Source: an uncultured delta proteobacterium (GTDB lineage Bacteria; Desulfobacterota; Desulfomonilia; UBA1062). Taken from it: a stretch of 64,000 nt of DNA. The notes beneath the pieces are model-generated. The model searched no databases and was not told where the DNA came from. It was given only the letters and a program-made list of their open reading frames with translations. This document shows positions 1 through 9,649 of this stretch, in pieces; positions within the stretch are counted from its first letter, which is position 1, and every line of letters starts with the position of its first letter. The position numbers were made by a program, and so were the translations under genes. The DNA is taken from NCBI GenBank assembly GCA_963798485.1, contig CAWCTR010000014.1:32001-96000 (forward strand). Reading direction: 5' to 3'.

Positions 1-737
1 ATGCGGTTGCGTCCCTCGCAGATCTCCTTCAGTTTGTCCCAGTCCATGCGGCCGGGCGTGTGTTCCTCAAGCCATGCGATCATCCCCTTCAAATCGTCGG
101 CAAAGAGCTTATCCGCCCGTTCATTGTAAAAAATCGAGGGGACATCCAGGCGATAGATGGGCGTGCCATGCTCCCTGTGTATAAGGGCGTATGAGGCCAT
201 GCCGGCGTCACAGGGCATATTGGAGCTTACCATGGCAATGCCCTTGGGCATATGACCCTTGAGGACCATGCCCACGGTGGCCTTGGGCAGGCTGCAGGCA
301 TCGGGATTGATACCGGCATTTTCCGCCTCGTCTATGTATTTGAGGTCACTCTGGGCTGATAGAATCGGCAGCAGGATACCCATGGCCTCCAGTAGCCAGA
401 CCTTCAGGCCCATGGCACGGGCGATGTCGGGCGGTACCATCTCCTCGTTTATGATGAGTCGGTCCTGGTGGTAGAACAGGTCTTCCAGGTTTTCAGCCAG
501 CGTAACAGCAATGGTGTGTATGGTCATGCAGATGGATTCGAGGTATAACCCGCTCCGCCCCCGGGTGAGACGGCGCATCAGGCCCGTCACCTTTAAGAGG
601 TGCAGCATCCACGGATAGCGCCAAAGTTCTCGCACAAAACCAGGCCCCCTTCTGATGACAAGTTTAGCAATACACATCCAGATGAGCAGCCAGTATTTCG
701 CGTAGACCAGAAAATCTCCGGCAGAAAGGGCACTCAT
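1..737 (-). CDS. 2-hydroxyacyl-CoA dehydratase / benzoyl-CoA reductase B-type subunit (3' end runs off the window)
   Basis: Manual translation from ATG 737: MSALSAGDFLVYAKYW...YIDEAENAGINPDACSLPKATVG...SSNMPCDAG...IYRLDVP...LFADDLKGMIAWLEEHT..MDWDKLKEICE. The Cys motifs fit the HgdA/FldB/BcrB family. Not in the ORF track because it has no stop in the window. Confidence 0.85.
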   Translation of the reverse strand, partial: MSALSAGDFLVYAKYWLLIWMCIAKLVIRRGPGFVRELWRYPWMLHLLKVTGLMRRLTRGRSGLYLESICMTIHTIAVTLAENLEDLFYHQDRLIINEEMVPPDIARAMGLKVWLLEAMGILLPILSAQSDLKYIDEAENAGINPDACSLPKATVGMVLKGHMPKGIAMVSSNMPCDAGMASYALIHREHGTPIYRLDVPSIFYNERADKLFADDLKGMIAWLEEHTPGRMDWDKLKEICEGRNR

Positions 738-826
738 GTCATGGAAAAAAACAACCAGAGAATGTTGGAAAAAGTGCTTTACCCGGCCGGGCACGCTCCG
801 AAGGGATAATTGGAAAAGTCCGAGAT

Positions 827-897
827 TGTCATTCCCGCGGAAGCGGGAATCCAGTCTTTTAAAAAACTTCTGGACCCCCGCCTTCGCGGGGGTGACA
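827..897. repeat. REP/REPIN-like palindromic pair (GTCATTCCCGC..GCGGGAATCCA type)
   Basis: tgtcattcccgcggaagcgggaatccag (827-854) and inverted partner ctggacccccgccttcgcgggggtgaca (870-897); each half is itself a hairpin. Confidence 0.85.
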
Positions 898-990
898 CTC
901 TTTTTTATGTTTTGCAATTGGGTTAAAATTATGGGTTTTGCCATAATCAGTATGTCTTTTGGTGTCATTACCTATCCTCCCGCCTGCACA

Positions 991-2124
991 TCATTTGCCC
1001 ATACTTTCGATAAAGGCCTGGACCCGGGTACGCTGCTGTCCTTCAGAACCCAGACGGTATTCCCGTTCCAGCTTCAGCACCGGTATCCCCTCTTTGCGCA
1101 AAGCGCTTACCATGGGCATTGCATCCACACCCCAGAGGTCGCAGAACTTGATGATCTCGATGATTACGCCGTCCACCTTGTATTCCTTTACGGTGTCTAT
1201 GATGGTTTGCAGCCTGCGATCGAAATCTTCCATCATCCGCGGGCACAAGGTCTTCTTGAAGGAATGTTCGGCAAGGGTCCTGAAGGGATCACCCTTCATC
1301 TCTATGGGCATGAGCCCGGGGATGGAGCCGGTACAGAAACGGTCCGCCACAACAAGACCGCCTTGGGACTCAATGACCCTAATGAATTCCGGGTCGTGAA
1401 GATGCCCGCCCACCACCATTAAGCGGGCTCGGTAATTGTGGGTGCCATGGAGATTTTCTATCTCTTTTTTGTAATCAAGTATTTTCGGGAGGATCAGATC
1501 CTTGGGCGATACCAGTGAAGCCATGAGCAGCCCGTGGAACTCGGTGCCGGTGATGGGCGGGTTCGGTTTTTTACGCAGCTCGCCGATTGATTGTATGACT
1601 TCTGCAAAGTTGTTCCACTCATCAATGGCCTTCATGAGAGAGCTGTCGCCCATATCCACGCCGAAGTGCGACGAGAGCCGCTCAGCGAGCATCCTGAGCT
1701 CCTCGGCCATCCAGGCAGTAGTGACCTCGTTCACCTTGCGGGGCACATCGAGAACATGGTTGAAATCGGGTTTCTTGAGGTACTCCAGGTTATCATAGAG
1801 CCGTTGCATGTGTGCACATGAGGGGACGAAGATCCACCCCTTTATCAGGTCAAACCGGTCGTCCATGGCGAATTCGAGGAGGCTGCGCACATAGGAGCAG
1901 GTGAAGTTGGAAAGATAGTTGTCTGCGATCTCGGTGCCGGCAACCCCCGGGGCCCGCAAACGTACGGGAAACAGTCTGTCTGCCATGAGGAGGGCCTCGG
2001 GCACGAAGGAGCAGGAATACCCGATGGGTATGCGCCCGTTCAGGGCAGCCTGTTCGACCAGGCTGTTCTGCGGGGTTTCAAGAAGACCTTCGAATATACG
2101 CATCGTCTTACCGGTCGTCGTCAT
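991..2124 (-). CDS. 2-hydroxyacyl-CoA dehydratase / BcrC-type subunit
   Basis: IGYSCSFVPE, CSYVRS, PSCAHMQRL, VVADRFCTG, CPRM, KFCDLWG, RTRVQAFIE. Start placed at ATG 2124 after a GGGGGAAG SD-like sequence (ORF track starts at 2178). Confidence 0.9.
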   Translation of the reverse strand: MTTTGKTMRIFEGLLETPQNSLVEQAALNGRIPIGYSCSFVPEALLMADRLFPVRLRAPGVAGTEIADNYLSNFTCSYVRSLLEFAMDDRFDLIKGWIFVPSCAHMQRLYDNLEYLKKPDFNHVLDVPRKVNEVTTAWMAEELRMLAERLSSHFGVDMGDSSLMKAIDEWNNFAEVIQSIGELRKKPNPPITGTEFHGLLMASLVSPKDLILPKILDYKKEIENLHGTHNYRARLMVVGGHLHDPEFIRVIESQGGLVVADRFCTGSIPGLMPIEMKGDPFRTLAEHSFKKTLCPRMMEDFDRRLQTIIDTVKEYKVDGVIIEIIKFCDLWGVDAMPMVSALRKEGIPVLKLEREYRLGSEGQQRTRVQAFIESMGK

Positions 2125-2174
2125 AACACTTCCCCCGGTTCCATTACCGCAGGATGGTGGACAATGTGACTCTT

Positions 2175-2945
2175 TCATGGCAACAACCCGACCTTCTCGA
2201 GGATGTGTGCGACCTTAACAAGAGCAGGTGAGGTTTCAGGCATGCCGGTCAGCGGTTCGCCCCTGAAGTCCAACGATCTGATCAGGTCATCGTCGTCAAG
2301 CCATCCGTACATTTCAAGGTCTGTCCTGCGCCTGATGTCGTCCACCTCGGAGAGGTCCCTCACCCTGTTGAGAACGAGCCCCATGCCCTTGAAGTCAACA
2401 GCCTTCTTCTCGTTCGCAACGTGCGCTATGGTATTAGCAACGCCAAGACCTTTTACCGAGGTGTCCGACACCAGGACCAGGTGGTCCACGGTCTTCATCA
2501 CCCGCCTGTTGATCTGCTCGATGCCCGCCTCTCCGTCGATGAGCACGATATCAAACCGGCAGGCAAGGTCACCTATGATATCCTTGAGGAGGTTGTTCAC
2601 CTTGCAGAAGCAGCCTTCGTCCTCAGGCCTGCCGATGGACAGGAGGGCGTATCCGTCACGCTCATGGAGGGCATCGAAGACCTCATAGTCCAGGAGCTTG
2701 AGAGTCTCCCGGCCACCCTGGAGCCCGCCTTTCCGGATGTCTGCAACCAGTCCCTTTCTGATGTCGTCAACGGTCTTTTTCACGGTAATGCCCAGGGCCG
2801 ATGCCAGTCCCACGGCCGGGTCCGCGTCTATGGCGAGGATCTTCCGCTCGTTCCCGCCGGCCAGCAGCTTCACCATGAGGGCCGCAACAGAGGTCTTGCC
2901 GACCCCCCCCTTGCCGCACAGCGCGATGATCTTTGTATCAGTCAT
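2175..2945 (-). CDS. cooC: CooC/AcsF-family nickel-insertion ATPase
   Basis: Deviant Walker A GKGGVGKT, IDADP, CxC metal site GRPEDEGCFC, DGEAGIEQINRR. Confidence 0.85.
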   Translation of the reverse strand: MTDTKIIALCGKGGVGKTSVAALMVKLLAGGNERKILAIDADPAVGLASALGITVKKTVDDIRKGLVADIRKGGLQGGRETLKLLDYEVFDALHERDGYALLSIGRPEDEGCFCKVNNLLKDIIGDLACRFDIVLIDGEAGIEQINRRVMKTVDHLVLVSDTSVKGLGVANTIAHVANEKKAVDFKGMGLVLNRVRDLSEVDDIRRRTDLEMYGWLDDDDLIRSLDFRGEPLTGMPETSPALVKVAHILEKVGLLP

Positions 2946-3619
2946 GCAATACCCCTCGTGGAGTTTATTTCCAGCGCTCTTTCTGTCTCCTCAAGGACAG
3001 TGACCGCCGACTCCGCATAACCATCCGCCCCGTACTTTTCTGCCAATTGCCGGTCCAGCGGGGCTCCGCCTACCATGATAACCGTCCCCGGGCACTTCTG
3101 TCTTATTGTTCTGATTATGTCCGGCATACAGACCATGGTTGTGGACATCATGGCCGACAGAGCCAGGATCTCGGCTTTATTTTCGAGAACTGCACGCCCG
3201 AACTCTTCTGCCCTCACCTGCACACCCAGATCAACAACCCGGTAACCGCATGCCCTGTATACCCCTGAAATTATGCTCTTGCCTAAATCGTGCGGGTCAC
3301 CCTCGACCACGCCTATGACGATGGTCAAAGCCCCCTTATCTCCGGCGTCTCCGAATTCAGAGAGTTTCGCCAGCCCCTGTGTCGCTGCATCGATACAGAG
3401 GAGGAATTCGGGCAAAGAGGTATGATTCGACATCAAATTCCTTCTCAGAAGGTTGAGACCATCGAGGATAGCGTGGCGCACATCTTTCGTGGAAAGACCG
3501 GAATCCATCGCTCTGGTCGTCAGCACCACGGTTTCATCCACCTGGTAAGCAGCTACCGCTGCTTCGATATTTTCCATAAGTCCAACTTCTCTCTTATCCA
3601 TCCGGGTCCCTCTTTTCAT
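2942..3619 (-). CDS. Corrinoid (B12-binding) protein, MtaC/MtbC-like
   Basis: N-terminal cap helices plus DxHxxG motif (GVVEGDPHDLGK), LSAMMSTT, MVGGAP, GADGY. Confidence 0.9.
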   Translation of the reverse strand: MKRGTRMDKREVGLMENIEAAVAAYQVDETVVLTTRAMDSGLSTKDVRHAILDGLNLLRRNLMSNHTSLPEFLLCIDAATQGLAKLSEFGDAGDKGALTIVIGVVEGDPHDLGKSIISGVYRACGYRVVDLGVQVRAEEFGRAVLENKAEILALSAMMSTTMVCMPDIIRTIRQKCPGTVIMVGGAPLDRQLAEKYGADGYAESAVTVLEETERALEINSTRGIA

Positions 3620-4782
3620 CTATACACCTCTACTGCCTTGACCATGGCATATGCATTTTCAAGGGGGGCATTCTGGGGGAACTCGCAGCCGGGTGAAAGG
3701 ATATAACCCCCGCCGGGAGCGAGGTCATCGATCTGTTTCCTGCATTCCTCCATGACATCGTAAGGGGTGCCGCGCGTCAGCAGCGGGGTGTCTATCATGC
3801 CAATCAGCACAATGTGGTCTCCATAACGTTTCTTCAGCTCCTTACGGTTCGAACAGTCGTCCGGGAGGTGTGCGAAGCTTATTGCACAGGGCTCCATGCT
3901 TCGAATCTGTGCATCGAAATAAATCCCGTGACCGCAGTTGTGCACACCCACCAGGCAACCCTTTCTTCGGATTGCCGAGGCTATTTCCCGCGCAAACGGC
4001 CCCTCGATCTTTTCCCAGAGCCCCTTTGACAACCCGTTCCATGATGCGAAGAGGGTGTCGATTACAACCATAACCACCCCGACGTCGCACTGCGCTTCTG
4101 CAAATTCAATGAGCACACCCGTGATGGCTTCACACGCTGCCATGACATCCCCGGGTTGAGTAACACAGTCCTTGAAGAGTTCCTGTGTCCCTCGCATCAT
4201 GTTGAGCACACCCAACGGGCCGAAAAGAAATCCGGCTACAAACCCTTTGAGGCCTATCCTGCGAACCATTATGGATAGCGCCTTGGCATGCCCCTGCATG
4301 CGTACGGCATGCTTGAAATCAATCGGCTTGAGCTTTCTGTAATCCTCAATGTTCTTGATCACAGGGTTCGCGTAGTCGGGATGTGCGGTAGAGTTGTCCG
4401 GGTAAATAACCTTCTGTCCGAAATCGGCGGCCTCTATTGAGAGGTCCACCAGTGCGACCAAGCCGTCACCGCCGATGAGATTGAACCCGGCCAGAAAGGA
4501 CTCCGCAGCAATTACGGGGTCGGCGCAGAACTCCGCATAGGTGTTTCCGATAAGCCGTCTGCCTGCGCCGCATATTATGGGGCAGCAGGGGACACGGTCC
4601 GGCTCCTTGTGCCGGAGAGTCACCAGCATCCTCTCGAAATTTGTAAGGTTGCTGATGCGTCCCCTGGCACTGCATAAGCCCCCTGCAGCATCCAGAATGA
4701 AATCCGGCAGCAACGCGGGCGAGGGGGGTATCCCTTCAGCAAGGGTCTTGAGTGCCCTCCAAATATCCTTTGTGTCAGCCAT
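3616..4782 (-). CDS. MtaA/CmuA-like (UroD-fold) methylcobamide methyltransferase
   Basis: EPDRVP, DLSIEAADFG, Zn ligands VHNCG and SPGCE; adjacent to the corrinoid protein gene. Confidence 0.85.
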   Translation of the reverse strand: MADTKDIWRALKTLAEGIPPSPALLPDFILDAAGGLCSARGRISNLTNFERMLVTLRHKEPDRVPCCPIICGAGRRLIGNTYAEFCADPVIAAESFLAGFNLIGGDGLVALVDLSIEAADFGQKVIYPDNSTAHPDYANPVIKNIEDYRKLKPIDFKHAVRMQGHAKALSIMVRRIGLKGFVAGFLFGPLGVLNMMRGTQELFKDCVTQPGDVMAACEAITGVLIEFAEAQCDVGVVMVVIDTLFASWNGLSKGLWEKIEGPFAREIASAIRRKGCLVGVHNCGHGIYFDAQIRSMEPCAISFAHLPDDCSNRKELKKRYGDHIVLIGMIDTPLLTRGTPYDVMEECRKQIDDLAPGGGYILSPGCEFPQNAPLENAYAMVKAVEVYR

Positions 4783-5512
4783 GCAGTGCCTCTTTTGATT
4801 TTTCCATGAGTTTATCCCTCATGCCTTTAAGTCCGTCGGCCTCATCGCACACATCCTGGTAGTCACAGCTCCCGCACTCAAAATCCATTTCCGAGGCCAT
4901 CTTGTTCATGGCAGCGATAATCTTCTCCGCAGGAACGGTGATCTCCTTGAGCCTGCGTACATCATCCGTGCTGGAGGTGAAGAAGATCACCTCCACAGCC
5001 TTCACATAGGGCCTGTCTCGAAAAAGTCTTATCAGTGATGAACCCAGGGTCCTGGCGGAGAAGCCGCGTGAGAGAGCATCGCGGCTGATCCTGCACCATT
5101 CCCTCATGTACTGGGACACCGCCCGCATCATGAACCCTTTGAGGTCGAGCTCGTAGCGGAGGAAATCCATGTCCTTGTGCCTGTCATAGGCATTGTCCTC
5201 GTCGAATCCCTCCACCCCTGCCAGCACTACCTTGCCGAAGGCCAGGCTCTTGCCCATGCACTCCGGGAAGTCCGGGCCCACCAGCGTTATCCTCCCGTCA
5301 GTGATACGTGAATGATCCCCGGTCCACAGGAGGCAGGATACGGAATCCATTTCCGGGCTGCCCAGTTCGAGTCCCATGTCCTCCTTCAGGACGATGTTCC
5401 TGCCCCCGCCTGGCGGCCACCCGTAATTCAAGGCCTCGATCCATGTCCTGCAAGAGGACCTTGTATCCACAAAGGTCCGCACCGCCTCGATGGTATGGTT
5501 AAAGAGCTCCAT
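4775..5512 (-). CDS. Short acetyl-CoA synthase beta-subunit (AcsB/CdhC)-like protein with C-terminal Cys motif
   Basis: LELGSP, ITDGRITLVGPD, LKGFMMRA..EWCRISRDAL.RGFS, VKAVEVIFFT resemble the ACS middle domain; ends CGSCDYQDVC. Start placed at ATG 5512. Confidence 0.7.
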   Translation of the reverse strand: MELFNHTIEAVRTFVDTRSSCRTWIEALNYGWPPGGGRNIVLKEDMGLELGSPEMDSVSCLLWTGDHSRITDGRITLVGPDFPECMGKSLAFGKVVLAGVEGFDEDNAYDRHKDMDFLRYELDLKGFMMRAVSQYMREWCRISRDALSRGFSARTLGSSLIRLFRDRPYVKAVEVIFFTSSTDDVRRLKEITVPAEKIIAAMNKMASEMDFECGSCDYQDVCDEADGLKGMRDKLMEKSKEALHG

Positions 5513-5519
5513 GGGCCGG

Positions 5520-6305
5520 TCACTTCCCCTTGCCGGCAGCCTGGCGGGCAATGAGTGCCGCACCCAGGGCCCCGATGATCTGCGGGTCGGTCGCTATCTT
5601 CCTGAGCTTCACCCCCAGGGCCTCCTCAAGGGCCGCGAACATGCCGATGTTTTTTGCCACCCCTCCGGTCATGGTGATTTCGCTTTCGAGCTCTATACCC
5701 CTGGCAAGAGCAGCCACCCGGTGGGCCAGTGACTTGTGCAGCCCCGCCACGATATCGGGGAGGTTGTTGCCTGCATTGATCAGCGAGATGATCTCCGTCT
5801 CTGCGAAGACCACGCACTGGTTGGAGATGGAAAGGGGGTTCTTTGCCGTGGAGGATATTTCTCCCATATCTTCGAGATTGACCCCCATTGCCCCTGACAT
5901 CACCTCCAGGAACCTGCCCGTGCCGGATGCACACCGGTCGTTATAGGCAAAACGGATGACATTGCCGCGCTCATCCAGCCTGATGGCCTTGGCGTCCTGA
6001 CCACCGATATCGATCACCATATGTACTTCAGGCATGAGCCACTGGGCCCCTTTGCCGTGGCATATGATCTCCGACTCCACGGCATCGGCAAAGGGGATGG
6101 AGTTCCTGCCGTAGCCCGTGCCCACGCAGTATGAGATGTCTGCCAGACAAAGCCCTGCCTTATCGAGGGCCTTTTCCATCACCTCCCGGGCCGAATCCCC
6201 GGGCTCGGGCCGTGCGAATATCACGTGCGAGGCCAGTACATCGCCATTCTTCATGATGAGGGCCTTGGCGCTCAAAGAGCCGACGTCACATCCTGCGGTA
6301 AACAT
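5520..6305 (-). CDS. Acyl-CoA dehydratase activase (HgdC/BcrA/D-type ASKHA ATPase) 1
   Basis: MFTAGCDVGSLSAKA, GTGYGR, IDIGGQD, DRCASGTGRF, QCVVFAE, TGGVAKN. Start at 6305 overlaps the upstream stop. Confidence 0.92.
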   Translation of the reverse strand: MFTAGCDVGSLSAKALIMKNGDVLASHVIFARPEPGDSAREVMEKALDKAGLCLADISYCVGTGYGRNSIPFADAVESEIICHGKGAQWLMPEVHMVIDIGGQDAKAIRLDERGNVIRFAYNDRCASGTGRFLEVMSGAMGVNLEDMGEISSTAKNPLSISNQCVVFAETEIISLINAGNNLPDIVAGLHKSLAHRVAALARGIELESEITMTGGVAKNIGMFAALEEALGVKLRKIATDPQIIGALGAALIARQAAGKGK

Positions 6306-7087
6306 TAATCCCCTCCCATCTTCTCTTTGGCAAATACGGCAGCCCCCAGGGCGCCCATGACCTGAGGGTCCACCCTGAGCCTGCGCATGGGCACGCCCAG
6401 CTGTTTTTCCATGGCCTCGAGCACCCCGGCGTTCTTTGCAACACCGCCAGTCATGCACACATCCTTCTCAACACCTACTGACTTGGCCAGGATCGCAATC
6501 CTGGCCGCCATGGCCTGGTTGATGCCAGAAGCCAGGTCTGCCTTTGAGGTGTTCGAGTTGAGATGCATAATGACCTCGGCCTGGGCCCAGGCCGTGCAGG
6601 TAGCAGCCAGGGTGATGGGGTTTCTGGCTTGTGCGGATAGGCTGCCAAGGTCGTCCAACTCCAGGCCGAGGAGTTTTGCCATGACCTCAAGGAACCTGCC
6701 GGTACCCGACGCGCACTTGTCATTGGTGATGAACCTGACGATGTTTCCCTTCTCATCGAGGCGGATGGCCTTGCAGTCCTGCCCTCCGATGTCGATGACG
6801 GTCCTCACCGATTGCAGGAGCCAGTGGGCGCCCTTGGCATGGCAGGCGATCTCGGAGACGGCCTTGCCCACAAAGGGTATCCGCTCCCTGCCATAACCGG
6901 TCCCTACGCAGAACCCGATGTCCTTCATGGTGAGCCCGGCAGTGCTCAATGCCATATCCATAACTTCAGGCGCGGATTTTTCAGGGTTGAAGGATGAGGG
7001 GATCAGCGCATGGCTGATGACACGAGTGTTGTTGAGGATCACCGCCTTGGTGGTCAGTGATCCCACGTCACAGCCTGCAACGATCAT
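6305..7087 (-). CDS. Acyl-CoA dehydratase activase 2
   Basis: MIVAGCDVGSLTTKA, GTGYGR, IDIGGQDCK, DKCASGTGRF, TCTAWAQ, TGGVAKN. True start about 7087. Confidence 0.92.
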   Translation of the reverse strand: MIVAGCDVGSLTTKAVILNNTRVISHALIPSSFNPEKSAPEVMDMALSTAGLTMKDIGFCVGTGYGRERIPFVGKAVSEIACHAKGAHWLLQSVRTVIDIGGQDCKAIRLDEKGNIVRFITNDKCASGTGRFLEVMAKLLGLELDDLGSLSAQARNPITLAATCTAWAQAEVIMHLNSNTSKADLASGINQAMAARIAILAKSVGVEKDVCMTGGVAKNAGVLEAMEKQLGVPMRRLRVDPQVMGALGAAVFAKEKMGGD

Positions 7088-8490
7088 GACAAAATCCCCC
7101 TTACGTGCATGAACTCGCTGATCTTGTCCACACAGTGCTCCCATGATGCGACCCTGTCGTCGAAGGCATCGGCAAAGAGCAGCATGGTCGGCAGGCCTTC
7201 GCGCTCGCAATCGCGCTGGATAAGCTTGTTCGCGCCCCAGCTGTTGCGGCACCCCATGCTCCCTACATAGACAAGGAAGTCGGGCTTCATGATCTTCGAC
7301 ATGAAGAGGAGGTCGTCGCGCCACATTCCTTTCGCGTCATACGGCCCCCTGAGCTGTTTGACCATGGGCATGCGGGAATTGAGATCTGCCAGGGAGTCGA
7401 TCATGGTGTCAAGGGTGGAGGTGTCTATATGGTAGGTCTCGTCTTCGCGGCCCTTTGTATATTCATGGCCCTCGTTCCAGAAGTTGAATATGAGTGTAGG
7501 CAGGAGGCTGATATCCTGGGAATCGACCCATTCCCAGAACCGTGCATCCGTGGTGTAGTGGTCGATGTAGCACATGAGGAGCCGTGCCCGCTCCTTTTTC
7601 GAACCCGTGCCGGCATACCCGTGTGCTGCATTTTCACGTACGACTTTGAGCATGGACTCGAGCACGGCGGTGTATGATTTCCTGCCCGGCATGCTAAGCC
7701 TTCCGGCATAGATGAACAGGGTGAAGATGGGAGGGACCGGGCATGGTCTGAGCCTCATGAGGTCATAGAGTTCGATAGCGAGCTCATCCTGGCGTTTTTG
7801 CTCTTCGAGGAGATCTTTCAGCTTGTCCTCGTTCAGGCGTGACCCCGATTGCTCCTCGATAAAGGAGATGAGGGCCTTGTAGTCCTTGCGGTGATAGTCG
7901 TCGATCCTCTCCCCCGTGAGCTTTGAGGGAAAGTTGAGCTGGAACATGGGGAGGTCGAGGTAGGATGAAAGAAATTGGACCGCATTGCCATTCGTATCGC
8001 AGATGCCGGGAGATCCGCAGATGAGAAAATCGGGCTTCTCGGCAAGGCCTGCCAGGTACGCCCCGAACGACCCGCGCTGGGCAGAGCAGGATGTCTCGGT
8101 GAATCCCACCTCGCAGCAATAGTCCATGTACTCGGCCGTACCCTTCCTCAGTACCAGCGTACCGAATACGGTCATGATCTCCGCCCAGGCGGGCACCACG
8201 TTGTCAAAGGCGAAAAGCAGGTGTTTTGCCGAGACAAAGGTGCCGAGGCACAGCTTCTTCCCCTGATCATGCGCGGTCATGACGTCGGTGAGGTATTCGG
8301 CCGCCATCTTCATGAAGAGCACGCCTGGCTCTCCGTGCCGTAACATCGCGCCCAGGACGTTCTTGAAGTTCGGTATGACCCGTTTCAGGCCTTCATACTC
8401 TTTTTGAGTCCCGTCAAGGGATGCTGCAGCAGCACTGATTGTGGACCAGAGCATCCAGTCGTAGTTATACTCGCGCGTTTCCTTCTTCAT
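7084..8490 (-). CDS. 2-hydroxyacyl-CoA dehydratase / BcrB-type subunit
   Basis: ETSCSAQRG, PGICDTN, GSMGCRN motifs; AGGAGG SD upstream of ATG 8490. Confidence 0.85.
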   Translation of the reverse strand: MKKETREYNYDWMLWSTISAAAASLDGTQKEYEGLKRVIPNFKNVLGAMLRHGEPGVLFMKMAAEYLTDVMTAHDQGKKLCLGTFVSAKHLLFAFDNVVPAWAEIMTVFGTLVLRKGTAEYMDYCCEVGFTETSCSAQRGSFGAYLAGLAEKPDFLICGSPGICDTNGNAVQFLSSYLDLPMFQLNFPSKLTGERIDDYHRKDYKALISFIEEQSGSRLNEDKLKDLLEEQKRQDELAIELYDLMRLRPCPVPPIFTLFIYAGRLSMPGRKSYTAVLESMLKVVRENAAHGYAGTGSKKERARLLMCYIDHYTTDARFWEWVDSQDISLLPTLIFNFWNEGHEYTKGREDETYHIDTSTLDTMIDSLADLNSRMPMVKQLRGPYDAKGMWRDDLLFMSKIMKPDFLVYVGSMGCRNSWGANKLIQRDCEREGLPTMLLFADAFDDRVASWEHCVDKISEFMHVRGILS

Positions 8491-8503
8491 ACATGATACC
8501 TCC

Positions 8504-9646
8504 TCAAACTGAGATCCTCTCCATAAAAGCATCAAGGCGCATCATGATCCTGCCCGTCTCCACCAGGGGGCCGTACTCTCTCTCGAGCCGCATGCAGGGG
8601 ATGCCTGCGGCCTCGAGGTCGCGCTCAAGCACACCGTTCTCCGAACCGTGAAGGTCGCAGAAGCGCACGTTCTGAAGGATGACTCCGTCTACCGAGGCCT
8701 TGTTCACGAGGTCCATGATGTAGGAGCGCCGGTCCTTGTAATAGCCGAGCATGCGCGGGCAAATGCTGTTGTTCAGATAATGTGAAGCAAGCGTATGGAC
8801 GGGGTCTGCCTTATCATCCACCAGGTTTGCATAGGTGCGTGACCCGAAGCATACGGTGTCTGCAACGACAATGGCGCCGCCATCCTCGACCAGCCTGATG
8901 AAATCCACATCGTCATTGGCGCTCCCGATAAGCATGAGGCGCTTCTTATGGTCCGATACGGACGGCGCCTTCTCAAGAGAGGCAATGATATCTTCGAGCA
9001 TGGTTCCCCAAACCTCGCGCGGCATGGCATGGCCTGCTATGAGGATTGCCATGGCATCCGATCCCGTGATGGGAACCTCCTCATGGTACCTGAGACCGTC
9101 GAGTTTATTCAAGAGAACCCTGCCCTGGTTGTAGACCTTGATGGATTTTTTCAGTGCCTTGTCCGTGATCTTGACCTTGAAGTGTTTTTCCAGGGTGGCG
9201 ATCATATCCTTGAGCTCTTGTGCGTAAAAATCGATGCTGTAATCCACTGACTTGTGAGGTACCGAGAAGTACTCATAGTATTCCGGCAGGGTGCCCGGGT
9301 AATCTTCGCTCGCCTTTCTCCAGCACTCCTCCAGCCTGCGCATGGAGTCACAGCCGTTACTGATGATGGCGCCGTCTAAAAACGTATACGAACCCTGCCC
9401 TGCGAGCTGAAGCATGCACTTTGGCAGGCTGCAGTTTACCGGACCGAAGTATGAATCACCGATGGAGACTTTCGTGGTGCCGACACCGCGTAATCTGAAG
9501 GGAAGCAGCCCTGCGGCATGAAGGATCTCTTCGGGTATGAAGGTGCACGAGTAACCCACAACCTTGCCCCCGTCCTTCTTCCACTTCTGTATAAATTCAT
9601 TATTCAAGCCCGTTGCAGCACTTTGAAGTTTATCCATCATTTTCAT
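8504..9646 (-). CDS. 2-hydroxyacyl-CoA dehydratase / BcrC-type subunit
   Basis: VGYSCTFIPEE, NCSLPKC, NGCDSMRR, ICPRM, RFCDLHG, RLDAFME; paralogous to 991-2124. Confidence 0.9.
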   Translation of the reverse strand: MKMMDKLQSAATGLNNEFIQKWKKDGGKVVGYSCTFIPEEILHAAGLLPFRLRGVGTTKVSIGDSYFGPVNCSLPKCMLQLAGQGSYTFLDGAIISNGCDSMRRLEECWRKASEDYPGTLPEYYEYFSVPHKSVDYSIDFYAQELKDMIATLEKHFKVKITDKALKKSIKVYNQGRVLLNKLDGLRYHEEVPITGSDAMAILIAGHAMPREVWGTMLEDIIASLEKAPSVSDHKKRLMLIGSANDDVDFIRLVEDGGAIVVADTVCFGSRTYANLVDDKADPVHTLASHYLNNSICPRMLGYYKDRRSYIMDLVNKASVDGVILQNVRFCDLHGSENGVLERDLEAAGIPCMRLEREYGPLVETGRIMMRLDAFMERISV

Positions 9647-9649
9647 TTC

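Noticed and set aside
736-1422. 228-aa plus-strand ORF
   Set aside because: It translates through the REP element (SFPRKRES...WTPAFAGVT) and is antisense to a real dehydratase gene.
6305-7324. Long N-terminal extensions on the activase ORFs (starts 7324 and 6458)
   Set aside because: They overlap upstream genes; family homology begins at MIVAGCD and MFTAGCD.
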